Positions 37,233-48,786 are shown, numbered from the stretch's first letter. The stretch is DNA of 64,000 nucleotides from Candidatus Microgenomates bacterium (GCA_016784385.1 JADHUT010000002.1:12316-76315), one strand, 5' to 3'. Notes: generated by a model not told the origin, from the sequence alone. A program made the numbers and translations.

Positions 37233-37430
37233 ATGCTTAAAAATGTAATTGCTCCAATCCAAGCTTGGTTAATGTCTCAAGGCAAATGTGTTGGTTGTGG
37301 ATTACCTCTCAATAAAGCTGAAAAAAAGACACACAAATATGGTAAACAAATATCTTGTAAGTGTGGAAGAATATACATTTATAATTCAAAAACTAAAAAT
37401 TACCGCAGAGCTCTACTTGAGGAAATTTAA
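37233..37430 (+). CDS. small zinc-ribbon protein
   Basis: CVGCG...CKCGR; TGcTATACT 6 nt upstream; stop overlaps the mltG start. Confidence 0.7.
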   Translation: MLKNVIAPIQAWLMSQGKCVGCGLPLNKAEKKTHKYGKQISCKCGRIYIYNSKTKNYRRALLEEI

Positions 37431-38350
37431 TGATTAAAAAACTACTTCTGGCCTTGTTTGTTGGAATCATTTTGATTGTAGGAGGATTTATTGCTATCAA
37501 TAATTCAGTAAAACCTGTTTCTGGGGATGATAGTGTGCATAGCTTTCTGATTACAAAAGGATCAAGTGCCTCCCAAATTGGAAAAAATCTGCAAAAAGAA
37601 GGGTTAATTAAATCCTCATTGGCTTTTAAAATTTACGTACAATTTACAGGAAGGCAAAGTAAAATTTCAGCAGGAGAATTTAGACTGTCTCCATCACAGT
37701 CTTTGTTTGAAATAGTTGCAACGCTGCAAAAAGGACCAGTTGAAATATGGGTGACTATTCCGGAAGGATTGAGACACGAGGAAATAGCTCAAAAATTTGC
37801 AGATGAGCTAAGTAAAGATAATCAGTTTGTAAACGAGTTCATAGCGCTTTCTTCCACACATGAAGGATATCTATTCCCAGATACTTATCTTTTTCCAAAG
37901 TCGACAACAGCTTCAAAAATAGTTGAAAAAATGCTTTCAACTTTTGACATTAGAACAAAGACAGGTGTAACGGAAAATCAAGTGATAATGGCTTCGATAA
38001 TTGAGAGAGAAACAAAGGGTGATGCAGAAAAGCCAGTTGTGGCGGGAATACTGTACAAAAGAATTGAAAATGAATGGCCTTTGCAAGTTGATGCATCTAT
38101 TCAGTATGCAAAGGGAGATTGGAAGCCCATATTATCTTCTGACAAAGAATTAAATTCTTCTTACAATACATACAAATTTCAAGGATTGCCCATAGGCCCA
38201 ATTTCTAATCCTGGTATAGCATCAATAAATGCAGCAGTAAATCCCACGACTTCTGATTATTGGTACTATTTACATGATGAAAAAGGGGTAATCCATTATG
38301 GCTTGGATCTGGACGATCACAACGCAAATATAAGGAAGTACCTTTGGTAG
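37430..38350 (+). CDS. mltG: endolytic transglycosylase MltG
   Basis: VTIPEG, EGYLFPDTY, ASIIERE, LQVDAS, YNTY..GLPIGPISNPG. Confidence 0.95.
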   Translation: MIKKLLLALFVGIILIVGGFIAINNSVKPVSGDDSVHSFLITKGSSASQIGKNLQKEGLIKSSLAFKIYVQFTGRQSKISAGEFRLSPSQSLFEIVATLQKGPVEIWVTIPEGLRHEEIAQKFADELSKDNQFVNEFIALSSTHEGYLFPDTYLFPKSTTASKIVEKMLSTFDIRTKTGVTENQVIMASIIERETKGDAEKPVVAGILYKRIENEWPLQVDASIQYAKGDWKPILSSDKELNSSYNTYKFQGLPIGPISNPGIASINAAVNPTTSDYWYYLHDEKGVIHYGLDLDDHNANIRKYLW

Positions 38351-38368
38351 TGTAGATATTTTCACCCC

Positions 38369-38452
38369 TTGACAAAGGAGGTATTTTGCCTATAATCCTT
38401 CCTAGGCGTACCTGAAGTACGTTTTTCCCTTTTACCCTGAAGGGGATTTTTT
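38369..38452 (+). promoter_or_regulatory. rpoB promoter and leader hairpins
   Basis: TTGACA-16-TATAAT (38369-38396); then CGTAC/GTACG and TCCCTTTT/GAAGGGGA-TTTTTT hairpins. Confidence 0.7.
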
Positions 38453-38472
38453 GCTTTGTCAAAACATATCAA

Positions 38473-41400
38473 ATGACACCAACTAAAAAACAAACAAGAA
38501 GGAATTTCGGAAAAACTGAAAAAAACCTTCCTGTTTTGGATTTGACATTGGTACAAAGGGAATCCTGGTTAGAATTTTTAAAAACTGGAATTCCTGAAGA
38601 AATCTCCACAATAACTCCAATAGATGATTTTACAGGTAAAAATTGGCAATTGGTTTTGGGTGACTACTCTATGGGCCAGTCAAACACAACCGCCGCTTAT
38701 GCACAAGAAAAAGGTATAACATATTCCGCCCCTCTAAAAATAGTTGCAACTTTAATTAACAAAAGAACTGGTCAAGAAATTTCTCAAGAAGTATTTATGG
38801 GAGATTTGCCACAAATGACCACAAAAGGAACATTTATTGTAAATGGAATTGAAAGAGTTGTTATTAACCAAATTGTCAGATCTCCTGGTGTGTATTTTTC
38901 AGGAACACTTGATCCTACTAGTGGTCGAATATTGTACAAAGCTGAGATTAGACCCCTAAGGGGATCTTGGTTAGAATTTGAAGTTACAAAGGCAGATCTT
39001 ATATATGCAAGAATTGATAGAAGAAAAAAGATATTGGCAACAACTTTTTTGAAAGCACTGGGCCTGGACTCTGAAAAAGAAATGTTAAAGCATTTTTCAG
39101 AAAGCGATACTGACAAAGAACATAAATACATCACTGCTACACTAGAAAAAGACCAATCCAACTCAAGAGAAGAGGCCCTTTTGGAAATTTATCGAAAGTT
39201 GAGACCAGGTGAGCCAGTTCTTCTTGAAAATGCAACTAATTTATTTGAAAACATGTTTTTGGAGCCTAGAAGATATGATTTAGCAGAAGTAGGCAGATAT
39301 AAAATTAATAAAAGATTAGACCTTGACAGGGAAAATACATCAAGGGTGTTAGAGCTTAAAGATGTATTGTCAGCTTTGATTTATTTGGTTGGACTTCAAA
39401 ACGGTAAAGGTAGAGTGGATGATATTGATCATTTGGCAAATCGTCGCTTGAGACGTGTTGGAGAATTAGTTGCAGGAAATGCTTTTAGAATTGGATTACT
39501 CCGACTTGAGAGAAGTGTTAAAGAGAAAATGAGTCTAATTTCTCCTGAAGACAGACCTTTGCCTTCAAACCTTGTTAACGCAAGGCCATTGATTTCTTCA
39601 CTAAATGAATTTTTCAGAAGTAATCAATTGTCTACTATATTAGATGACACCAATCCTTTGTCAGAGATTGATAATTTAAGAAGAGTGTCAGTATTGGGTG
39701 CAGGTGGTATAAACAGAGACAGAGCAAGTTTCTCTATCCGAGATGTTAATTCAAGTCAATATGGAAGAATTGATCCTGTTAGATCACCTGAAGGACCAAA
39801 TATTGGTCTTGTTACCTATCTTTCTCTTTTTGCAAAGGTAAATAAATATGGATTTTTGGAAACTCCTTATAGAAAAGTTAAAAAAGTTGGAAATAAAACA
39901 CAAATCACTGATGAAATTGTGTATATGGCAGCAGATGATGAAGAAAATTACAATATTACTCACAGTGGAGTTGGTACAGATAAAGATGGTTTTATAACAG
40001 ACAAGAGAGTTCCTCTTCGATTTGAAGGAAAATTTACTGAAGGGTTGTCAAACCTGGTTGACTTTATAGACATCTCTCCAAAACAGGTTGTTGGAACTTC
40101 TGCTTCATTGATTCCATTTTTGGCTCACGATGAAGGAAACAGGGCTTTAATGGGATCAAACATGCAATGTCAAGCTGTGCCGTTGGTTAGACCTGATTCT
40201 CCTGTTGTTGGAACTGGTATGGAATCAGAAGTAATAAGATCCATGGGTAGAGTAATTTTGGCTAGGCATGATGGAGTAGTGGAGCACGCAGACAATGAAA
40301 AGATAATAATTAAGTTATCCAAAACTGCCTCAATAGATGAATCAACTGAAGAAATTGAGATTACAGATGCAGGTAAAAAAGAAAAGTATTTGTTAATGAA
40401 ATTCAAAAGAACAGCTCATTCAACATGTTATAACCAAAAGATTGTAGTAAATCCTGGACAAAGGATTAAAAAGGGAGATTTACTTGCAGATGGACCAGCA
40501 AGTGATAATGGAGAGCTGTCCTTGGGTAGCAACTTAGTAATTGCATACACCAACTTTGCTGGATACGGATTTGAAGATGCAATTTTAGTATCAGATAGGT
40601 TGGTAAAAGAGGATCTTTTGACCTCGATTCATATTGAAGAATATGATGCTGACGTTATTGATACAAAATTAGGACCCGAAGAGAGAACTTCAGATATTCC
40701 AAATGTCTCTGAGGCTGAATTATCTAATTTAGGTGAAGACGGAATAGTAGTTGTTGGTGCAGAAGTAGGACCGAATGATATCTTGGTAGGAAAAATTGCA
40801 CCAAAAGGTGAAACAGAGCTTACTTCAGAAGAAAGACTTCTAAGGGCAATTTTTGGAGAAAAAGCAAGAGAAGTCAGAGACACTTCACTTCGTGTTCCAC
40901 ATGGTGAAAAAGGAGTCATCTTGGGTGTCAGCAGACTTAATCGTGATGCTGGTGATGAACTTAGTGCTGGAGTAATTGAAAGAATAACTATAAAAGTAGC
41001 CCAGATGAGAAAGATAACAGTTGGAGATAAAATTGCAGGTAGACATGGTAACAAAGGAGTTGTTGCCAAGATTATGGCCGTCTCTGATATGCCATATCTT
41101 TCAGATGGAACAGCTATAGACATCATTATTTCCCCACTTTCAGTTTTGTCACGTATGAATTTGGGACAACTATTGGAAACCCATATGGGATGGGCACTTT
41201 CCAAATCTGGTGAAAAAGGAGCTTTCCCTGTTTTTGAAAAAGTAACTGAGGATACATTATCCCAAGAGCTTAAAGCAGCTGGACTTCCAACAAATGGTAA
41301 AACAAGACTTTTTGATGGTAGGACAGGAGAACCTTTCAAAGAAGATACTGTTGTTGGTATTGGATACATCTTGAAGCTTACTCATATGATCGAGGACAAA

Positions 41401-41823
41401 ACCCATGCTCGTTCAACTGGGCCATATTCTCTTGTTACACAACAGCCTCTTGGTGGTAAAGCACAAATGGGAGGACAGCGTTTGGGAGAAATGGAAGTTT
41501 GGGCACTAGAAGCACATCGCGCTCAATATACTCTGCAAGAGATGTTAACTATTAAATCAGATGATATTGTGGGGCGTGCAAAGGCATTTGAGGCAATTGT
41601 TAAAGGAGTTGACATCCCAGATGCTACAATACCTGAGTCTTTCAGGGTGTTGGTGAGAGAGCTTAATTCGTTGGGTCTTAATATCATACCTAAAGGTGTA
41701 ATACTTGCCAAAGACAAAGAAGAGGAAGTTGAAATAAAAGAGTTGCCAGTAGAAGAAATAATAAAAAAAGAAAGTAAAGAAAAAGAAGCCGAGACCGAGA
41801 TACCTGGAAAGGAAGAAAAATAA
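38473..41823 (+). CDS. rpoB: RNA polymerase beta subunit
   Basis: [40 protein letters not shown]. Confidence 0.99.
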   Translation: MTPTKKQTRRNFGKTEKNLPVLDLTLVQRESWLEFLKTGIPEEISTITPIDDFTGKNWQLVLGDYSMGQSNTTAAYAQEKGITYSAPLKIVATLINKRTGQEISQEVFMGDLPQMTTKGTFIVNGIERVVINQIVRSPGVYFSGTLDPTSGRILYKAEIRPLRGSWLEFEVTKADLIYARIDRRKKILATTFLKALGLDSEKEMLKHFSESDTDKEHKYITATLEKDQSNSREEALLEIYRKLRPGEPVLLENATNLFENMFLEPRRYDLAEVGRYKINKRLDLDRENTSRVLELKDVLSALIYLVGLQNGKGRVDDIDHLANRRLRRVGELVAGNAFRIGLLRLERSVKEKMSLISPEDRPLPSNLVNARPLISSLNEFFRSNQLSTILDDTNPLSEIDNLRRVSVLGAGGINRDRASFSIRDVNSSQYGRIDPVRSPEGPNIGLVTYLSLFAKVNKYGFLETPYRKVKKVGNKTQITDEIVYMAADDEENYNITHSGVGTDKDGFITDKRVPLRFEGKFTEGLSNLVDFIDISPKQVVGTSASLIPFLAHDEGNRALMGSNMQCQAVPLVRPDSPVVGTGMESEVIRSMGRVILARHDGVVEHADNEKIIIKLSKTASIDESTEEIEITDAGKKEKYLLMKFKRTAHSTCYNQKIVVNPGQRIKKGDLLADGPASDNGELSLGSNLVIAYTNFAGYGFEDAILVSDRLVKEDLLTSIHIEEYDADVIDTKLGPEERTSDIPNVSEAELSNLGEDGIVVVGAEVGPNDILVGKIAPKGETELTSEERLLRAIFGEKAREVRDTSLRVPHGEKGVILGVSRLNRDAGDELSAGVIERITIKVAQMRKITVGDKIAGRHGNKGVVAKIMAVSDMPYLSDGTAIDIIISPLSVLSRMNLGQLLETHMGWALSKSGEKGAFPVFEKVTEDTLSQELKAAGLPTNGKTRLFDGRTGEPFKEDTVVGIGYILKLTHMIEDKTHARSTGPYSLVTQQPLGGKAQMGGQRLGEMEVWALEAHRAQYTLQEMLTIKSDDIVGRAKAFEAIVKGVDIPDATIPESFRVLVRELNSLGLNIIPKGVILAKDKEEEVEIKELPVEEIIKKESKEKEAETEIPGKEEK

Positions 41824-41824
41824 C

Positions 41825-44800
41825 ATGGATCAAAAACCAGTATTTGATATGAGAAACCTAGAAGACTTTACAAGTTTGGTGGTTCGTATTGCTTCCCCTG
41901 AAGATATTAGGAAATGGAGTTGTGGAGAAGTTCTAAAACCAGAAACCATTAATTACAGAACATTAAAGTCTGAAAAAGATGGGCTTTTTGATGAGAGAAT
42001 TTTCGGTCCTACTAAAGACTGGGAGTGTTATTGTGGAAAGTACAAAAGAATTCGTTATAAAGGTGTTATTTGTGACAAATGTGGTGTTGAAGTAACTCAA
42101 TCTAGAGTACGAAGAGAAAGGATGGGTCATATTAGCCTTGCTTGTCCAGTTTCACACATTTGGTATTTCAAAGGAGCTCCAAGCAGGATATCAACAATTT
42201 TGGGAGTTGCACCTCGTGCAATTGAACAGGTCATGTATTTTGCAAGGTACCTAACTCTTTCTATCGATGAAGACAAGAAAAAAGCTGCATTGAAAACACT
42301 GGAAGTTGCCATGACAGATCAAGAAAAAGAGATTATTACCCTTCACAAGAGCAAAAAGGAAATACTTACCGCTGAAGCTACTAAGGCAAAGGAAAAGATT
42401 AAATCAAAAATAAAAAATAAAGAGCAGTTGGCATTGGCTTTGTCTGAGATTGAGCTAGATGAAAGAAAGAAAGAAACGGCAATTTCTGAAGAAGAAAAAG
42501 CCAATTTATCAAGAAACACACATCTTTTTGGGAATTTGATAAGTTTAGCTAAAACCCTAAAACCTCTCAGTATTCTTTCTGAAGAAGAACACGATGAGCT
42601 TTATAACTATGATGCTGCAGGATTTTTTGAGGCAAAAATGGGTGCAGAGGCAGTACTCTCTGTCCTTCAAACAGTGGACCTTGAAAAGTTGACAGTCGAG
42701 ATGAAAGAGGAAATTGCATTAACAAAAACAACTAGCGCCAAGTATGTAAAACTTGTAAAGAGATTAAAATTGGCAGATGGTATGAGAAGGGCAAAAATAA
42801 AGCCAGAATGGATGGTATTGAAAGTATTACCAGTACTTCCTCCAGACCTTAGGCCAATGGTACAGCTTTCAGGTGGAAGATTTGCAACAAGTGATTTAAA
42901 TGATCTTTACAGAAGAGTAATAAACAGAAATAACAGGTTAAAGCATTTAATGGGATTGGGTGCACCTGAAATAATTTTGCGAAATGAAAAAAGGATGCTT
43001 CAGGAATCTGTTGATTCATTGATTGATACATCTCAACGAAAAGCTACCAGAAGAGCAAGAGGAAGACAGCCTTTAAGGTCTCTTTCAGACATGTTAAAAG
43101 GAAAACAAGGAAGATTTAGACAGAATTTACTAGGAAAAAGAGTTGATTATTCCGGAAGAAGTGTAATTATTGTTGGACCTGACCTTACACTTAACCAGTG
43201 TGGATTACCAAAAGAGATGGCACTGGAGATGTTTAAGCCATTTGTTTTACGCGAAATGATTTCAAGGGGAATTGCTCCCAATGTGAGGTCTGCGAAAAAC
43301 ATGCTAGACCGAAGACCACCTGAAGTTTTTGATATTTTGGAAGAAATTACCAAAGATCATCCGGTACTCCTTAACCGTGCACCAACCTTACACAAGCTTT
43401 CTATACAAGCTTTTTATCCTGTACTTATAGAAGGATCTGCAATTAGGTTGCATCCCGCAATTTGTTCTGGATTTAACGCAGATTTTGATGGTGATCAAAT
43501 GGCAGTTCACGTTCCTCTTTCTAAAAAGGCAATTGCTGAAGCAAAAGATTTGATGTTGCCTGAGCAAAACTTGCTAAGGCCTTCTGATGGTTCACCTGTT
43601 TCCACTCCTGCATCCAAAGAAATGGCTTTGGGGGTATATTACTTAACTTCAATAAATACAAATAAAGAAAAATACAGCACAATATTTTCAGATACAGATG
43701 AAGCACTTCAAGCTTATCAATCAGGAACTGTTGGATTAAGACAAAAACTTGAGGTTAGAATTGAATCTAAAATAATTACTACAACCATTGGAAGAATTAT
43801 GTTTAATGAGATATTGCCAGATACTTTTAAATTTGTAAATGAATCCACAACATCAACTGTTATTAAAAAAATCTTCGCTAAAGCATATGCAGAAACTGAC
43901 AAAAAGACTGTGGTAAAAATGATTGACGCAGTTAAGTCAATTGGTTTCTGGGCAGGCACACTTTCTGGAATTTCATTCGGAGTTTTTGACGCAGGAATAC
44001 TACCTGAGAAACAAAAGATTTTGGATGAAGCAGAAAAGAAGGTTTCAGAGGTAGAACAAAACTACAACCAGGGGTTAATTACTATTGAAGAGAAAAAGAG
44101 AATGAGCCAAGACGTGTGGATGGAAACATCAGAAGATTTGGCAGATAAAACCTGGGCACTGATGGAACCTACAAATCCAATAAGGATAGTTATTGATGCA
44201 AAAGTTGGTCGTGCTTCTCGAGATCAAGTGAAACAACTGTCTGCAATTAGAGGTTTGGTGGTGGATCCTATGGGTAAAATTGTTGAACTTCCCATCAAGA
44301 GTAATTTCAGGGAAGGACTGAGCGTATTTGAATATGTTACTTCCTCAAGAGGATCTAGAAAAGGTTTAACTGATACAGCTCTTAAAACTGCAGATGCAGG
44401 GTATTTGACCAGAAGACTAGTTGACGTTTCTCACGATCTTTTAATTAGAAAAGAAGATTGTAAAACAAAAGAAGGGATTGTCATTAAAAAAGGATCAAAA
44501 CCAGAGACTTTTGCAGCTAGAATAGTTGGAAGATATCTATCTAAAGATGTAAAAAATAGTAAGGGTAAAGTAATAGCAGTTGCAGGTGAAGACATCGACT
44601 CGGTTTTGGCTGAAAAGATTTCTTCAGGTAGTGTAGCTGAAATTGAAGTTAGGTCAGCCCTGTCTTGTGTGGCTAGATACGGTATGTGTGCAAAATGTTA
44701 TGGATGGGATCTTTCCAGTAAAAAACAAGTAGAAATTGGAACGCCTGTTGGAGTTATTGCCGCACAATCAATCGGTGAGCCAGGAACACAGCTAACTTTG

Positions 44801-45559
44801 AGAACCAAACATTCAGCTGGTGTTGTTGGAATTGACGTTACACAAGGACTCCCCCGTGTTGAAGAACTAGTTGAAGCAAGAACACCCAAACTTCTTTCAA
44901 CATTATCTGAAATTACTGGAAAAGTTATGATTTCAGAATCTGAAGATGGTCACAAAATTGTTGTGAGAGGTAGTGGAAAACTAAAAGAAGAAAAAGAATA
45001 CATAATTCCAAAAACACTTGAGTTGGCCGTCGAGGACAATCAAGTAATTGAAGCAGGTACAAAACTTGCATACGGACCTTTGGACATTAAAGAAGTACTT
45101 TCCATTAAAGGGTTGCGTGCTGCACAGGAATACTTGGTAGCTGAAATACATAAAGTGTATGAGACTCAAGGAATTACAATTAACAACAAGCATTTCGAAG
45201 CAATAGTCAGAAAAATGAGTGATGAAGTAAAGGTTGTAACTTCTGGTGACACAAATTTCTTGCCAGGGGAACTAACCAGTAAAGCAAAATTTGAAGTAGA
45301 AAACGAAAAAGTATTAGCAGCAGGTGGAGAACCATCTTCTGCACAACAGGTAATTTTGGGTATAACAAGAAGATCTCTATACACAGAGAGTTGGTTGTCT
45401 GCAGCATCTTTTGAACAAACTACAGATGTCTTGACAGAAAGCTCACTAATGAGTAAAGAAGATAACTTACTTGGGTTAAAAGAAAATGTCATAATTGGAA
45501 GACTAATTCCTGTTACAAAGGAAAAGGCTATTTTAGATGAGGGTGAGGAGGATAATTAG
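41825..45559 (+). CDS. rpoC: RNA polymerase beta' subunit
   Basis: Zinc finger [29 protein letters not shown]. Confidence 0.99.
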   Translation: MDQKPVFDMRNLEDFTSLVVRIASPEDIRKWSCGEVLKPETINYRTLKSEKDGLFDERIFGPTKDWECYCGKYKRIRYKGVICDKCGVEVTQSRVRRERMGHISLACPVSHIWYFKGAPSRISTILGVAPRAIEQVMYFARYLTLSIDEDKKKAALKTLEVAMTDQEKEIITLHKSKKEILTAEATKAKEKIKSKIKNKEQLALALSEIELDERKKETAISEEEKANLSRNTHLFGNLISLAKTLKPLSILSEEEHDELYNYDAAGFFEAKMGAEAVLSVLQTVDLEKLTVEMKEEIALTKTTSAKYVKLVKRLKLADGMRRAKIKPEWMVLKVLPVLPPDLRPMVQLSGGRFATSDLNDLYRRVINRNNRLKHLMGLGAPEIILRNEKRMLQESVDSLIDTSQRKATRRARGRQPLRSLSDMLKGKQGRFRQNLLGKRVDYSGRSVIIVGPDLTLNQCGLPKEMALEMFKPFVLREMISRGIAPNVRSAKNMLDRRPPEVFDILEEITKDHPVLLNRAPTLHKLSIQAFYPVLIEGSAIRLHPAICSGFNADFDGDQMAVHVPLSKKAIAEAKDLMLPEQNLLRPSDGSPVSTPASKEMALGVYYLTSINTNKEKYSTIFSDTDEALQAYQSGTVGLRQKLEVRIESKIITTTIGRIMFNEILPDTFKFVNESTTSTVIKKIFAKAYAETDKKTVVKMIDAVKSIGFWAGTLSGISFGVFDAGILPEKQKILDEAEKKVSEVEQNYNQGLITIEEKKRMSQDVWMETSEDLADKTWALMEPTNPIRIVIDAKVGRASRDQVKQLSAIRGLVVDPMGKIVELPIKSNFREGLSVFEYVTSSRGSRKGLTDTALKTADAGYLTRRLVDVSHDLLIRKEDCKTKEGIVIKKGSKPETFAARIVGRYLSKDVKNSKGKVIAVAGEDIDSVLAEKISSGSVAEIEVRSALSCVARYGMCAKCYGWDLSSKKQVEIGTPVGVIAAQSIGEPGTQLTLRTKHSAGVVGIDVTQGLPRVEELVEARTPKLLSTLSEITGKVMISESEDGHKIVVRGSGKLKEEKEYIIPKTLELAVEDNQVIEAGTKLAYGPLDIKEVLSIKGLRAAQEYLVAEIHKVYETQGITINNKHFEAIVRKMSDEVKVVTSGDTNFLPGELTSKAKFEVENEKVLAAGGEPSSAQQVILGITRRSLYTESWLSAASFEQTTDVLTESSLMSKEDNLLGLKENVIIGRLIPVTKEKAILDEGEEDN

Positions 45560-45560
45560 T

Positions 45561-46028
45561 ATGCCAACAACAAACCAATTAGTCAGAAAAGGACGAAAAC
45601 CTGTAAAGAAAAAGACAAGCACGACTTCTTTGAAAAAATGGTTCAATGCAAAAGACCGAAAATTCGGTGAATATGCAGTTCCTTTTAAAAGAGGGGTAGT
45701 AATCGCCATCAAGACAATGACTCCAAGAAAACCTAATTCAGCTCTTCGAAAAGTTGCAAGGGTAAGACTTTCAAACAAGCAAGAAATAACTGCATATATC
45801 CCAGGTGAAGGCCATGAGTTGGCTGAACATTCTGTGGTACTAGTGCGAGGTGGAAGAGTAAAAGACTTGGCTGGTGTAAAATATACAATAGTTAGAGGAA
45901 AGTATGATACAACTGGAGTAACAGGGAGAGTAACCAGTAGAAGTAAATATGGTACAAAGAAAGGACAAGCAGGGCAAGCTGCAAAACCAGCTGCACCAGC
46001 TGCATCGTCTGATGCACCTGCTGCTTAA
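45561..46028 (+). CDS. rpsL: 30S ribosomal protein S12
   Basis: [27 protein letters not shown]; Ala/Pro-rich C-terminal extension. Confidence 0.97.
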   Translation: MPTTNQLVRKGRKPVKKKTSTTSLKKWFNAKDRKFGEYAVPFKRGVVIAIKTMTPRKPNSALRKVARVRLSNKQEITAYIPGEGHELAEHSVVLVRGGRVKDLAGVKYTIVRGKYDTTGVTGRVTSRSKYGTKKGQAGQAAKPAAPAASSDAPAA

Positions 46029-46037
46029 TAAAAAATT

Positions 46038-46517
46038 ATGCCAAGAAAAGGAGCTGTAAGAAAAACCCTACCAAAAAAAGATCCCATCTATGGAAATAGA
46101 ATGGTTACAAAGCTTATTAATAGGTCTATGTATGATGGGAAAAAGAGTGTTGCACAAGGTCAAGTGTATAAAGCATTTGAATTAATTGAAAAAGAAACCA
46201 AAAGAGATCCAGTTGCAGTTTTTAACACTGCTTTGGGCAAAATAAGACCTGAAATGGAAGTAAGATCCCGTAGAGTGGGAGGAGCTGCATATCAAGTGCC
46301 AGTTCCTGTTAGAGGTGACAGAAAAGACTCCCTAGCTATTAGATGGTTAATATCAGCTGCAAGAGCAAAGAGTAATTCTGAATTTCACACATTCGCTGAA
46401 AAATTGGCAAGGGAGCTAATTGAAGCTTCAAATGGTGAAGGTGGAGCAGTTAGAAAGAAGTTGGAAATAGAAAAAATAGCAGAAAGCAATAAAGCATTTT
46501 CCCATTTTAAGTGGTAG
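46038..46517 (+). CDS. rpsG: 30S ribosomal protein S7
   Basis: EVRSRRVGGAAYQVP, AESNKAFSHF. Confidence 0.98.
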   Translation: MPRKGAVRKTLPKKDPIYGNRMVTKLINRSMYDGKKSVAQGQVYKAFELIEKETKRDPVAVFNTALGKIRPEMEVRSRRVGGAAYQVPVPVRGDRKDSLAIRWLISAARAKSNSEFHTFAEKLARELIEASNGEGGAVRKKLEIEKIAESNKAFSHFKW

Positions 46518-46538
46518 TCAACATCGTTAATTTTCAAC

Positions 46539-48713
46539 ATGGCTGAAGAAGCAAAGAAAAAGTCTGCAATTGTAATGACGGTCACAAAAGACCGTAATGT
46601 CGCATTGGATAAAATCCGAAATATTGGGATAATTGCACATATTGATGCTGGTAAAACCACAACCACTGAACGCTTACTATTTGAAACTGGTAGAACCTAT
46701 AAACAAGGATCAGTTGATGATGGAACTACAGTAACAGATTGGATGGCACAGGAAAGGGAACGAGGAATTACAATTGTTTCTGCTGCAATTACTGCTTTTT
46801 GGGATTTAAAGAGTTCCAGCTCCGTTGAAAAAGGACATTACAGATTAAATATCATCGATACTCCGGGTCACATTGATTTTACGGCTGAAGTTGAAAGATC
46901 TTTGAGGGTTTTGGATGGAGCTGTAATGGTTTTTGATGGAAGAACTGGAGTAGAAAGCCAATCTGAAACAGTATGGCGACAAGCTGATAAATACAATGTT
47001 CCAAGAATTTGTGTTTTGAATAAGCTAAATTTGATTGGTGCCGATTTTGAAGGTTCTATAAAATCAATTCGAGAAAGATTGGGTGCCAATGCTTCTCCTG
47101 TTATTTATCCAATAGGGCAGGAACATGACCATAAAGGAGTAATTGATCTTATTTCCATGAAAGCATACACATACAGCAATGTTGAGGATGCAAAATTGGT
47201 TGAGGGAGAAATACCTGAAGATTTATTGGATATTGCCAAAAAGTACAGAAAAGAACTGATTGAAAACGCATCTGAATATGATGATGATGCATTGAATAAA
47301 TTTTTAGAAGGAATTGAACCTAGTGAAATTGAACTTAAAAGAGCTATCCGAAAAGGAGTAATCTCTGGTAAATTCTTCCCAGTTTTTGGAGGAGATAACA
47401 GAAGCGCAGAAAGCCAACTACTTTTGGACGGTGTTGTTGAATACTTACCATCCCCTACTGACCTAGCTGCTATTGATGGGGTAAACCCAAATACAAATGA
47501 AAAAGAAACCAGAGAGCGTAAAAATGATGCACCTTTTTCAGCACTCGCATTTAAAGTTGTTACTGATCCTCATGTAGGAAGGCTTGTTTACGTTAGAGTT
47601 TATTCAGGTACTCTAAAGGCTGGTCAACAGGTTTATAACACAAGTAAGCAAATTACTGAGAGGATTGGAAAACTTGTTCTTTTGCACGCAGATCAAAGAG
47701 AGCTGGTGGAAGAAGCATATGCTGGTGAAATTGTTGCTGTTGTTGGAGTTAAAGACACTTCAACCGGCCACACTTTGTGTGATGCTAAACATCCAATATT
47801 TTTAGAAGCTATAACATTCCCAGAGCCTGTGATTTCTTTGGCTATTGAGCCTGCAACTAGAGCTGATCAAGAAAAAATGGGAATGGCATTAAATAAACTT
47901 TCTGATGAAGATCCGACCTTCATTATAAAAACAAATCATGAAACAGGCCAAACTATTATTGCTGGAATGGGTGAACTTCAACTTGAAGTATTAGTAGATA
48001 GAATGAAAAGAGAATTTAATGTGGAAGCAACAACTGGTGCACCACAAGTTGCATACAAAGAAACTATTCAAAGGCCGGCTGAAGGAGAAGGAAAGTATAT
48101 AAGACAAACTGGAGGTCGTGGGCAATATGGTCATTGTTTGATGCGTGTTAAGCCACTGGGTCGTGGTGAAGGATTTGTATTCAAAAGTGAAATTAAAGGT
48201 GGATCAATTCCACAAGAATATATTCCTGCTATCGAAAAGGGTGTAATTGAAAAACTAAACAATGGAATTATGGCAGGCTACACAATGGTTGATTTGGAAG
48301 TTGTTGTATATGACGGATCTTTCCATGATGTTGATTCATCTGAAATGGCTTTTAAAATTGCAGGATCTTTGTGTGTAGAAAACGCAATCAAAAAAGCCGA
48401 TATGGCAATTTTGGAGCCTATTATGAAGGTGGAAGTGTTCACTCCTGCTGAATATATGGGTGATGTTATGGGCGATCTTTCAAGCAAACGTGCACAAATT
48501 AGTGGGAGCGAAGAAAAGGGTGGAGAAACAGTTGTATATGCAACAGCACCGTTAGCTGAACTATCAGGATATGCAACTAAACTTAGATCTCTAACTCAAG
48601 GAAGAGCAAGGGCATATGTAGAACCTTCCCACTATGAAGAAGTCCCAGCTCATGTTGCAGCACAAATTGTTGAAAAGGCTGGAAAAGTGGAAATGACAAG
48701 AGGACAGGGCTAA
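46539..48713 (+). CDS. fusA: elongation factor G (non-canonical G4/G5 motifs)
   Basis: AHIDAGKTTTTER, ERGITI, DTPGH, GMGELQL, GGRGQYGH, HDVDSS; in str operon. Confidence 0.97.
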   Translation: MAEEAKKKSAIVMTVTKDRNVALDKIRNIGIIAHIDAGKTTTTERLLFETGRTYKQGSVDDGTTVTDWMAQERERGITIVSAAITAFWDLKSSSSVEKGHYRLNIIDTPGHIDFTAEVERSLRVLDGAVMVFDGRTGVESQSETVWRQADKYNVPRICVLNKLNLIGADFEGSIKSIRERLGANASPVIYPIGQEHDHKGVIDLISMKAYTYSNVEDAKLVEGEIPEDLLDIAKKYRKELIENASEYDDDALNKFLEGIEPSEIELKRAIRKGVISGKFFPVFGGDNRSAESQLLLDGVVEYLPSPTDLAAIDGVNPNTNEKETRERKNDAPFSALAFKVVTDPHVGRLVYVRVYSGTLKAGQQVYNTSKQITERIGKLVLLHADQRELVEEAYAGEIVAVVGVKDTSTGHTLCDAKHPIFLEAITFPEPVISLAIEPATRADQEKMGMALNKLSDEDPTFIIKTNHETGQTIIAGMGELQLEVLVDRMKREFNVEATTGAPQVAYKETIQRPAEGEGKYIRQTGGRGQYGHCLMRVKPLGRGEGFVFKSEIKGGSIPQEYIPAIEKGVIEKLNNGIMAGYTMVDLEVVVYDGSFHDVDSSEMAFKIAGSLCVENAIKKADMAILEPIMKVEVFTPAEYMGDVMGDLSSKRAQISGSEEKGGETVVYATAPLAELSGYATKLRSLTQGRARAYVEPSHYEEVPAHVAAQIVEKAGKVEMTRGQG

Positions 48714-48721
48714 TTTAGGTA

Positions 48722-48786
48722 TTGACACTCATAAACAGGCTCGGATATAATAGCAACACGAGGCTGAATTATGCCTCTTGTTTTTC
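48722..48786 (+). promoter_or_regulatory. internal tuf promoter and leader hairpin
   Basis: TTGACA-18-TATAAT (48722-48751); GAGGC-tgaattat-GCCTC followed by T-rich tract. Confidence 0.7.
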
